From Octopus sinensis (Eukaryota), in assembly GCF_006345805.1 (NCBI RefSeq), contig NW_021823709.1:1-21455 (forward strand): a DNA stretch of 21,455 nt, given 5' to 3'. Made by a program: the position numbers and the translations under genes. This document shows, piece after piece, positions 9,866-19,400 of this stretch (within the stretch, counting starts at the first letter, position 1; each line of letters begins with the position of its first letter). The notes below the pieces were generated by a model. That model was not told where the DNA came from. It was given only the letters and a program-made list of their open reading frames with translations, and searched no databases.

Positions 9866-9870
9866 ATATA

Positions 9871-10250
9871 TTTATATATAAAAGTAAGGTTTTGTATCTG
9901 TCTCCTACGATTTAGATTCCTAACTACTCCCACATTTTGCGGTGCAGTTTAACCAAAACCGGGTATCTTATAGTCGTGATTCATATCGAGCCCTTCTGGG
10001 TATTAGCGCGCGTCTACGATTTTAAAAATAATTTACCATCATTTTTTTCATTTTAATGCATTTTTTCGCTATTATATAAGGGAAGTAACTCTCTAAAAAT
10101 GTCTACGATGAGTCAACGATTTAAAAAAAAAATTACCATCATTTTTTTCCATTTTTAATGCATTTTTGCTACTTTTTGGCTATAACTCTCTAAAAATGCT
10201 TTATAGTTATTTCCCTTACAAACCCGAGCAACGCCGGGCGATACTGCTAG
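9871..10250 (+). mobile_element. Non-autonomous Helitron, copy 1
   Basis: 3' hairpin cccgagcaacgccggg 8 nt before terminal CTAG; 5' TC decayed to TT; homologous to 16747-17248; internal tandem duplication 10012-10100 / 10101-10197. Confidence 0.8.
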
Positions 10251-10589
10251 AATACATATAAATGTGTGTGTGTGTAGATATACATAGGTACATATAACTG
10301 AATATATTCAGTAGATAAATGTATGTGTGCAAGGATATACATGTGTATCTTTATATATATATATATATATATATATAGTCTTTGAATTTTCCTAAAGAAA
10401 TGAGATGGAATACTGCATCAACCCTTTCATATTGTTCTTTATTGTGCGTTCCTTTTTAGTGCTGAACTTTATAATTTTCTTCATCACGTATTAGTTATCG
10501 TTTGTATATAGGTACTGATAGTTTTGTTAACCTTTGTGTATTTAAAAATAGTTATTAACATCAAAACCAATCGTTATGGCGATGAAATA

Positions 10590-10850
10590 TTCTTCAAAAT
10601 ATTTTAAACAGAAAATGCAATTATAATTTAAAGTATAGAAGCCATCTTATCATGGCTAACCACATTGGGGAGGGGGTGTTACTGTAGCTTTATAGCCCCA
10701 AGAAATCTTCGTCTCTAGCTGGCTTTAGACACAATATCTGTGTCCTTGGAGTATTTGCAAAGGGAGGCCATCCCTTCCTCGCAAGCCTGAGTGATACGCT
10801 CGAACTAGTTTCGGGATTGTTGTCCCTCGTCAACGGGTGGTCCTTATGAG
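10590..10850 (-). mobile_element. Hammerhead-bearing element, copy 3 (decayed)
   Basis: About 150 bp aligns with copy 1; TTGACGA ggga-caacaa-tccc GAAA ctag TT at 10833-10803. Confidence 0.6.
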
Positions 10851-11734
10851 AAAACATTGGAGAAACACACAGACACAAAAAAAGCAGCCAGCAACCCCAG
10901 CAACTCCCCTGCATTAAGTATTATATATATATTAAAGCTGGACAAATAAATATTATTGTTTTATGTTGACTTTCTCATTAAAAAAACGAAAACGCCCATA
11001 TCTGAAGAAGTTGGACAGGCGGTGTGACTATGTCACTTTTAAAATGTGGCACCAACAGCAAGGAATATAGGTAAATAGAAAGATGGTAGATACAGCAGAG
11101 AGAGGAAAGGAGGGGGACCGGGGGAGAAAGGAAATTTTCAAATAGATAAGATAAATATTTGTTTTCTCCAGTTGAAGGTTTAATCCTGATATGGCACTGG
11201 GAGAGTTTTGAGAGCAACGACTTTAAAGATTACAAGAAAATCGAGAATTTTGGAACGAAAAATCTTTCGTACATATCCTTATATTTAAGCATACATATAC
11301 ATTCACGTATACATACATACATACACACATATCTACTACATACATACATACATGCATACATACACATATACATATATATATATATATATACACAAATTGA
11401 TACATGTGTGTACACGATATATATGCAGGTCTATCTATATAGCTACTTATCTATCTATTAGATCGATCAATAGATAAGAGATGGGTCTGATTGATTTCGA
11501 TTATCTCATCGTGATAACCAGCAATATGAAAAATAAAAGCCAATATGGCGTAGGGTGAGGATTCTCAATGTTCATTGTTTTCTTAAAATATGGCAAGATG
11601 TTACGACTTGATACAGCCAACTAAAACCCTTCTCTGATGGGAAGAAAGTCGTAACATCTGGCCAAGTAGTAAGAAGTCAATAAAAAGCATGTTTGAGTGT
11701 GTTTGTGTGTCATTGTGTTTGTCTCACAAGAAGG

Positions 11735-12500
11735 GTAAAAGACCCTTTTTGGAAATGACTGACCATGGGATTGCACCTAGAAAGTTCCCCTCTGAGGTAC
11801 ATGTCCGAGCAAGGTTGTTTATGGAAGCGAGCTGGCAGAAACGTTAGCACGCCGGGCGAAATGCGTAGCCGTATTTCGTCTGCCGCTACGTTCTGAGTTC
11901 AAATTCCGCCGAGGTTGACTTTGCCTTTCATCCTTCCGGAGTCGATAAATTAAGTACCAGTTACGCACTGGAGTCGATGTAATCGACTTAATCCCTTTGT
12001 CTGTCCTTGTTTGTCCCCTCTATGTTTAGCCCCTTGTGGATAATAAAGAAGTAGGTATTTCGTCTGCCGCTACGTTCTGAGTTCAAATTCCGCCGAGGTC
12101 GACTTTGCCTTTCATCCTTCCGGGGTCGATAAATTAAGTACCAGTTACGCACTGGAGTCGATGTAATCGACTTAATACCTATGTCTGTCCTTGTTTGTTC
12201 TCTCTGTGTTTAGCCCCTTGTGGGTAGTAAAGAAATAGGTTGTTTATGGAAGATCAGCAGTCGCCTATGCATTTTTCTGATCCACTCTCCACGCCACCAG
12301 TGTTATCCAAGGGAAAAACAAAGGGGCCAATGTAGCTTGGCACCTGTGACATCGCAACTTATTTCTACAGGTGAATGAACTGGAACAATGTGAAATAATG
12401 TTTTGCTCAAGAACACAATACACAGCTCAGTCCGTGATTCGAACTCACTACTTCATGATCGTAAGCCTGACGCTCTAACCACTTAGCGATGCGCCTCTAC
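11735..12500 (-). mobile_element. SINE family D, split by a SINE B dimer
   Basis: tRNA-like head at 12430-12500 (GAGTTCGAATC B-box); second copy at 13690-13990. Confidence 0.8.
11828..12237 (+). mobile_element. SINE family B with head-to-tail duplicated body
   Basis: About 184-bp unit twice; 15-bp perfect TSD ggttgtttatggaag at 11813-11827 and 12238-12252. Confidence 0.93.
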
Positions 12501-13086
12501 ATTCTCACATTTCTAATGCGCATTTTGCGTCACGCATCATCAATGATCATGCACTGGATAAACTGAACCGTGTCACGATCTTCGATGTTGTTATCGAAAC
12601 ACCGGGTGTCCGGTTACTTCTTAATGCGTGACATATGCGATTTTGGAAATTTCCAAGTCATTTGTAGACACCGAAGCGGCTAGTGTTTATTCCTACGTTC
12701 TTATGAAAATCTCTGATGAACATCAGCGCCTGACATACCTTCAAACAATAGAAAAATAAAATTAAAAAAAAACAAAACAAAACAAAACAAAACTAAACTA
12801 AACTAAATAAAAACATACATTCCTTGAATATCTTGTAAGCTATCTCGCTTTGTAAAATATCTAATTAGGTGTAGTGTACATGCCTGGGGTTATGTCGCAC
12901 TGATGATTTCAAATATGGATGAAATGTCGCCATATACTCGGACATGTGCAAAAAAAAAATAAATAAATAAGCGGACAAAGGAGGGTGGAAAGAAGTTCCA
13001 CAAAGAAAAAATAAACGATAAATGGACGGGACTCAACTACAGCATCAACCCACAACACATAACACCCATTAGCAACACCACCAATA

Positions 13087-13512
13087 CCTATTTCTTTACT
13101 ACCCACAAGGGGCTAAACACAGAGAGGACAAACAAGGACAGACAGACAGACGGATTAAGTCGATTATATCGACCCCAGTGCGTAACTGGTACTTAGTTTA
13201 TCGACCCCCGAAAAGATGAAAGATAAAGTCAACCTCGGCGGAATTTGAACTCAGAACGTAGCGGCAGACGAAATACCTATTTCTTTACTACCCACAAGGG
13301 GCTAAACATAGAGAGGACAAACAAGGACAGACAGACAGACGGATTAAGTCGATTATATCGACCCCAGTGCGTAACTGGTACTTATTTGATCGACCCCGAA
13401 AGGATGAAAAGCAAAGTCAACCTCGGCGGAATTGGAAGCCAGAACGTAACGGCAGACGAAATACAGCTACGCATTTCGCCCGGCGTGCTAACGTTTCTGC
13501 CAGCTCGCCGCC
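13087..13512 (-). mobile_element. SINE family B with head-to-tail duplicated body
   Basis: Same dimer junction (aaagaaataggtatttcgtctgcc) as the 11828 copy. Confidence 0.92.
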
Positions 13513-13689
13513 CTCAGAATTTCTACATATATTCTATAGAAATTACTGATCTTTACTACGTTTCGATCTCGTTTGTTTTCATCTGACGTCTCGTGTATGA
13601 AATGCTGTAGCAAAGATCCACACTGGTTGCAGTTTTTATAGAATAATATTTTAATCCGAATGCTTAGACCAAGTAAAAGGAAGTTAGAA

Positions 13690-13990
13690 ATCGGGATCGG
13701 GACCCCCTTCGGTCACGACATTAACCATGGGATTGCACCTAGAAAGTTATCCTCCTAGGCACAAGTCTGGGTAAGGTTGTTTTATGGGAGACCAGCAGTC
13801 GCCCATGCATACCAGCCTCCCCTCTCCATTCCACACCCCTGATGTTATCCAAGGGAAAGGCAAAGGGGCCGATACAGCTTGGCACCAGTGACGTCGCAAC
13901 TCTTTTCTACAGCTGAGTGAACTGGAGCAACGTGAAATAAAGTGTCTTGCTCAAGAACACAACACGCAGCCTGGTCCGGAATTCGAGCAC
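13690..13990 (-). mobile_element. SINE family D, head truncated
   Basis: Aligns to 11735-11827 plus 12238-12440. Confidence 0.82.
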
Positions 13991-14139
13991 GTTTACTGAA
14001 ATAAAGCAGAGCAAAATAGTAACTCTGCCAAGATTATGATACGGGCACAACACCGACTGTCCGGTCGGCGATGACCCCTGAATCTCCGATAATCTACACT
14101 AGTTTACGTTATTACTCACTGCCCTGTCATCAATAATTC

Positions 14140-15090
14140 TAATTTTAGCCCAAGGCCGGTAATTTTGAGGGGAGGGAACAAATTAATTAAGTCAATCCCA
14201 GTACTTAGCTCGGGATCTTTTCGCTTTGACCGGCAGATTTTTTTAATAATTTCTTTGTAACTAAACACTTTTAAACTTCGTACTCTGGTAGTATGTTACA
14301 TAAAACATCTTTTTCTCTTGGCTTTCTTAAGAAAATTCTGTAGTTTGTAAGCTATTTGTTGTTTGATTTCTTGCATTTCGACAATTTCAACCAATCAATG
14401 ACGTCTATTGAGGTGAATACATTTTCTGCCGTAGTGTGTCAACAACAGTATACGAAGTTTAAGTGTTTAGTTACAAAGAAATTATTTTTAAAATCTGCCG
14501 GTCAAAGAGAAAGGATTCCTTAGCTCGTTCTTTATTTTATCTTTTATTTTACTTCGTTCTTTATTTTCATCCAAAACAAACGAAAGACAAAAAGTCAACA
14601 CTAGGAAAATTCGAACTCGAATCTAAAGAGCGAGAAAAAAAAACTTACGCTTAGCTAAGCGTTTTACCCGACGCGCTAACAATGCTGGCACCTCGCTGGC
14701 TTTCTATTAGGAAATTGGTTCAAAGTGGTGAACTGGCAGAGTTGTTATTGTCCCGGGGGAAAATGGTTAGCGGCATTTCGTCCGTCTTTACGTTCCGAGT
14801 TCAAATTCCGCCGAAGTCGACTTAGCTTCTATCTTATCGAGATCGATGGAATAAGTAGCATTTGAAAACTGGAGTCGGTGTAATCGACTTATCTCCTGCC
14901 CCGAACTTGCTGGTCTTGGGCCAAAATTTGAAGCCATTAAGGCCAGCGATTTTGAGGGAAAGGGGAAAAGACGAAACCATCGCTTCTGTGGTTCTTTATT
15001 TCATCGACCCAAGAATGATGGAAGGCAAAATTGTTCTTGGCGGAATTGGTATGAAAAGGGCCAAGAACTGAAAAACACCACGCAATATTT
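14140..15090. mobile_element. Cluster of old SINE B-related copies (about 14140-14700 minus, 14725-14935 plus, 14935-15090 minus)
   Basis: Degenerate gagttcaaattccgccga / atcgaccc / gtgctaac motifs. Confidence 0.65.
14212..14519. mobile_element. MITE with about 70-bp TIRs and a 7-8 bp TSD, inserted in an old SINE B
   Basis: TIR gg(g/a)atc.ttt.c.ctttgaccggcagatttt..aataatttctttgtaactaaacactt; TSD (c)ttagctc at 14205-14211 and 14520-14526. Confidence 0.88.
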
Positions 15091-15103
15091 TAGCCGATGC
15101 TAT

Positions 15104-15475
15104 GGGATGGAAGTACTCCGTCGGGTACGACGACGAGGGTTCCGGTTGATCCGATCAACGGAACAGCCTGCTCGTGAAATTAACGTGTAAGTGGCTGAGC
15201 ACTCCACAGACACGTGCACCCTTAACGTAGTTCTCGGGGATATTCAGCGTGACACAGAGAGTGACAAGGCCGGCCCTTTGAAATACAGGTACAACAGAAA
15301 CAGGAAGTAAGAGTGAGAGAAAGTTGTGGTGAAAGAGTACAGCAGGGATCACCACCACCCCCTGCCGGAGCCTCGTGGAACTTTAGGTGTTTTCGCTCAA
15401 TAAACACTCACAACGCCCGGTCTGGGAATCGAAACCGCGAGTCCGCTGCCCTACCACTGGGCCATTGCGCCTCCT
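15104..15475 (-). mobile_element. SINE family C, tail type 2
   Basis: Reverse complement of 9055-9440; 11-bp TSD gccgatgctat at 15093-15103 and 15476-15486; 14-nt head deletion between accgcga repeats. Confidence 0.92.
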
Positions 15476-15589
15476 GCCGATGCTATAAGGATTTCGACAA
15501 CTCGCTGCCATATTGTTGGTTTATGCTCAAAGATAACACTTAAGGTGAAGGAAGAGAATCAATCGATTATAATGATAGATCGATACTTT

Positions 15590-16070
15590 TTTTTAAACGA
15601 CCTCGGAAGAGTGGAAAGTCAACTGTTGACATTGGATGGATTTGAACTGAAAGCAACACGAGTGCTCAACTGGTATTTATTTCTTTATTGCTCACAGGGG
15701 CCTAAACAGAGGAGACAAGCAAGGACAAAGGAATTAAGTCGATTACAGTACTTATTTTATCGACCCGGAAAAGATGAAAGGCTAAGTCAGTCAGCGGCAT
15801 TTGAACTCTGAATGTAAAACTAAAAAAGAAAAAAAAAGTAACTATTTTATCCAACACTAACAATTCCGTTAGGTCGCCGCCTTTGCCTTTTTTTCCTAAT
15901 AATTCTTTCCAACATAGCCAAAAAAGGGCTATTAAAAAAAAAAAAAAAAAAAAATCAACCCCAGTGCTTATATTGTCGACCCCGGCGGAATTTGAACTCA
16001 GAATCTCAAGAACGAAATGTCGCTAAGCATTTTACCCGACGCACTAACGATTCTCCTAGCTCGCCTCCTT
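15590..16070 (-). mobile_element. Old SINE B-related fragments
   Basis: Degenerate atcgacccgg..gatgaaagg and tttgaactc..gc(a)ctaac..ctcgcc motifs. Confidence 0.6.
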
Positions 16071-16320
16071 TGCTCTGTTAATAATGAAACGAAAACAATC
16101 GCAACAAAAACTGAATTGAAAAATACAAACTTCCAAGTAGCGTTTAGGGTGGTAGTGAAGTTCAAAAAAGTGGTTTCGATACCTGAACGCAGATATATCA
16201 AAACGATCAATCTTCACAAATGTAAATTATTTTTTCAGTATAAAATAACTGGTTTGTTTTGAAGTGGTGGATTTATGCTTGAAGCGTGGTGCATGGCCAA
16301 AGATAGTATGATAAAAACTT

Positions 16321-16724
16321 CTTTTACTCTTTACACTTTTTACTTGTTTCAGTCATTTGACTGCGGCCATGCTGGAGCACCGCCTTTAGTCGAGCAAATC
16401 GACCCCGGGACTTATTCTTTGTAAGCCCAGTACTTATTCTATCGGTCTCTTTTGCCGAACCGCTATGTTACGGGGACATAAACACACCAGCATCGGTTGT
16501 CAAGCAATGCTAGGGGGACAAACACAGACACACAAACACATACACACACATACATATATTCGACAGGTTTCTTTCAGTTTCCTTCTACCAAATCCACTCA
16601 CAAGGCATTGGTCGGCCCGGGGCTATAGCAGAAGACACTTGCCCAAGATGCCACGCAATGGGACTGAACCCGGAACCATGTGGTTGGTTGGCAAGTTACT
16701 TACCACACAGCCACTCCTGCGCCT
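16321..16724 (-). mobile_element. SINE family A, full length
   Basis: Near-identical to 7242-7664. Confidence 0.92.
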
Positions 16725-16746
16725 ATATTTTATAATTTATCATTAA

Positions 16747-17248
16747 CTAGCAGTATCGCCCGGCGTTGCTCGGGTTTGTAAGGGAAATAACTATATAAGC
16801 ATTTTTAGAGAGTTACTTCCTTATAAATTCGGGCTTCTTAGCCATTTTGTTTTGGTGTCTTCAAGCCATGAAGTCGTTGTTCTAAAAGAACGCTGGTTTC
16901 CTAACAACGCATTACGACGTTGATTTCTTTACACTCCCTTCCCCACAGCTTCACGAGGGAGGGAAGGGGGAGAAGCAAACAGGTGCAGCTGTGAGCGTGG
17001 ACGCCAACTCCGTCGCCATCGACATACGATGCATTTTATGCATTAAAATGGAATAAAAAATGATGTTAAATTATTTTTAAAATCGTAGACTCATCGTTGA
17101 CGCGCGCTAATAGTCAGACGGGCTCGATATGAATCACGACTATAAGATACCCGAATTTGGTTAAACTGCACCGCAAAATGTGGGAGGAGTTAGGAATCTA
17201 AATCGAAGGGGACAGACACTCACACAACTAGAGTTTTATATATATAGA
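16747..17248 (-). mobile_element. Non-autonomous Helitron, copy 2
   Basis: A|TC 5' end at 17248, CTAG|T 3' end at 16747, subterminal GC hairpin, no TSD. Confidence 0.88.
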
Positions 17249-17373
17249 TATGCTGCGGCCATCCTTAGCGTCACTCTTCAAGAGTTTAGTTCAATATTTG
17301 TTTTTGGTCCATTTTTTAGAAAAAAAATATGTAGTCTGGTTGAAAGAAAAACAAATGCAGAAAGAAAGTTGGT

Positions 17374-17379
17374 TTTATT
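17374..17379 (-). terminator. Candidate polyadenylation signal of the H2B variant
   Basis: AATAAA 17 nt after the stop, followed by a U-rich tract (ctttctttctgcatttgttttctttc). Confidence 0.6.
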
Positions 17380-17396
17380 TTACTAAACTTTTCTTT

Positions 17397-17783
17397 TTAT
17401 TTACTATTCATATACTTCGTAACGGCCTTCGAACCCTCACTGATGGCATGCTTACTCAATGCCCCAGGCAGGAGTAGACGCACAGATGTTTGAATGTCTC
17501 TGCTCGTGATGGTAGCTCGTTTGTTGATGTAGGCCAAGCGAGAAGATTCTGCCGAAATTCTCTCAAACCAATCGTTAACAAAGTTATTCATTATTGAAAT
17601 GGCTTTTGACGTAATCCCAATATCTGGGTGAACTTGTTTTAATACTTTATAAATGTATAAAGAAAAGGTCTCTTGCCGTCGCTTCCTCGACGCAGTTCGT
17701 CGTGAATTTATCTCTCTTTGGCTGGCAAACTTTTTTGTAGCTTTTTTCGAAGCTTTGGTGATTGATGCGGATTTTGAAGACAT
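17397..17783 (-). CDS. H2B: Histone H2B, divergent variant (128 aa)
   Basis: Intact ORF with histone fold [10 protein letters not shown]...FVND.FERI..E.SRLA..NKR.TITSR.IQT.VRLLLPG..SKHA.SEG.KAVTKY; aagATG context; in-frame TGA shortly upstream; 67/91 identical to human H2B over residues 35-125 by hand count. Confidence 0.93.
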   Translation of the reverse strand: MSSKSASITKASKKATKKFASQREINSRRTASRKRRQETFSLYIYKVLKQVHPDIGITSKAISIMNNFVNDWFERISAESSRLAYINKRATITSRDIQTSVRLLLPGALSKHAISEGSKAVTKYMNSK

Positions 17784-17895
17784 CTTCGGATCGTCTTCGT
17801 TCTGCCGATTTTCGCTTTGTGTTTTTTTTCACTCCGAGTTTTCGTATAGAAGAAACTCAACAGGAAAAACTTTTTTTATTTTCTTAATGTTCAAC

Positions 17896-17917
17896 CTAAA
17901 AAGAAGAAAAAAAAAAC
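17896..17917 (-). promoter_or_regulatory. Candidate 3' splice acceptor in the H2B 5'UTR
   Basis: tttttttttcttctttttag|G, 112 nt upstream of the ATG with no intervening ATG. Confidence 0.5.
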
Positions 17918-17930
17918 GAGATGAATATAT

Positions 17931-18318
17931 AGGCGCAGGAGTGGCTGTGTGGTAAGTAGCTTGCTTACGAACCACATGGTTCAGGGTTCAGTCCCACTGC
18001 GTGGCACCTTGGGCAAGTGACATCTACTATAGCCCCGGGCCAACCAATGTCCTGTGAGTGAATTTGGTAGACGGAAACTGAAAGAAGCCCGTCGTATATA
18101 TGTATATATATATATATGTGTGTGTGTGTTGTGTGTTTGTGTGTCTGTCCACCTAGCATTGCTCGACAACCGATGCTGGTGTGTTTACGTCCCCGTCACT
18201 TAGCGGTTCGGCAAAAGAGACCGATAGAATAAGTCCTTGGGTCTAGTTGCTCGACAAAAGGCGGTGCTCCAGCATGGCCGCAGTCAAATGACTGAAACAA
18301 GTAAAAGAGTAAAAAGAG
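17931..18318 (+). mobile_element. SINE family A, full length
   Basis: Complete head aggcgcaggagtggctgtgtggtaag, internal microsatellite, tail. Confidence 0.92.
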
Positions 18319-18359
18319 TATATATTTACTATAAGGGCGCGTTTGAATGTGTCGATAAG

Positions 18360-18806
18360 ATCACTTTGCAACTTCGTGGATGCAGGTTCAGTCTCACAGC
18401 GTGGCACGTTGGGCAAGTGCCTTCTACTACAGTCTCGGGCCAGCAAATGCCTTGGGAGTGAATTTGGTTGGCGGAAACTGTGCAGAAGTCCATCGCGCGC
18501 GTGCGCGTCTTTGTATTAGTGTCTTTCCAATATCGACAAAAAGGGCTAAAATCAACCCAGTGCCATCGCCGTTTTATGACCAATGATGGTTTGTTTCTGT
18601 CCCTGTAATTGAGCGGTTCGGCAAGATAGACCGACGGAATAGGCACCAGACTTTTCTCAGTTTCCGTCTACCAAATCCATTCACAGGTTTCGGTCGGCCT
18701 GAGGCTATAGTTTAAGACACTTGCCCAAGGTGTCACACAATTGGACTGAACCCGGAATCAAGTGGTTCGCAAGCAAAATTCTCACCATATATCCACACCT
18801 GCACCT
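18360..18806. mobile_element. Decayed SINE A copies in opposite orientations (about 18360-18650 plus; 18653-18806 minus)
   Basis: ggttcagtc..gtggcac.ttgggcaagtg and its reverse complement. Confidence 0.75.
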
Positions 18807-18877
18807 AATTTTTATTCTTTTATTTGTCATTTGACTTCGGCAATGCTGGAGCATCGCCTAACTATATTTTTATTTTA

Positions 18878-19030
18878 AGGCGGCGAACTAGTGGTCTTTA
18901 GCGAGCCTCGTACGGAGTTCAAATTCCGCCGAGGTCGAGTTCGTCTTTCACCCTTTTGGAGACGATAAAATAAGTACCAGTTGAGCACAGGGGGCGATGT
19001 AATGCTACCTCCAAACTTTTAGGCCTTGTA
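18878..19030 (+). mobile_element. Old SINE B-related copy with deletion
   Basis: aggcggcga...ggagttcaaattccgccgaggtcga..ataagtaccagtt. Confidence 0.7.
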
Positions 19031-19391
19031 GCGATAGTAGAAAAAAACTTTCGGTTTCGATGTAAATTAAAATAATACACACATACAAGTATTCTCGCGT
19101 TACGGAAGCATATTCGCTGAAAACATCACTGCGACACGATGTTTTGTAACACGAAGTGCGACGCCCTTTTGGCTTCGCTACAATAGGGAAGTAAATATGA
19201 AAATAATGAAAAATGTCTCAAATTATGTCGAGATTTTCAGGAATAAATAAGCTGCTATTTGTTAAATTAAAAATCACATTTGATTATTTTATTACCCACA
19301 AGGGACCAACAAAGAAGGGTCAATACAATCGGGGAACTTAATAATAACAAAGGGGGATAAAATAAGACGAAGAAAATTAAAAATCACATTG

Positions 19392-19400
19392 ACATACCTT
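19392..19400 (-). promoter_or_regulatory. Candidate 5' splice donor
   Basis: AAG|GTATGT on the minus strand in one of the few non-repeat stretches upstream of H2B. Confidence 0.3.

Noticed and set aside
11828-12237. CRISPR-like or satellite array
   Set aside because: Only two long units without unique spacers; SINE dimer in a eukaryotic context.
12500-12830. Possible exon in unique CpG-containing sequence
   Set aside because: All frames hit stops within about 45 codons, no recognisable motif, and splice-like sites are ambiguous.
16747-17783. H2B captured by the adjacent Helitron
   Set aside because: The Helitron has its own A|TC 5' end at 17248; H2B lies outside it on the 5' side, and no further Helitron terminus encloses the gene.
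17250-17900. H2B as a processed retro-pseudogene
   Set aside because: No poly(A) tract or TSD, the ORF is intact, and an acceptor-like site lies upstream; not fully excluded without expression data.
17647-17955. Overlapping ORFs 17647-17832 and 17653-17955
   Set aside because: Alternative or antisense frames of the H2B locus with no independent coding signal.
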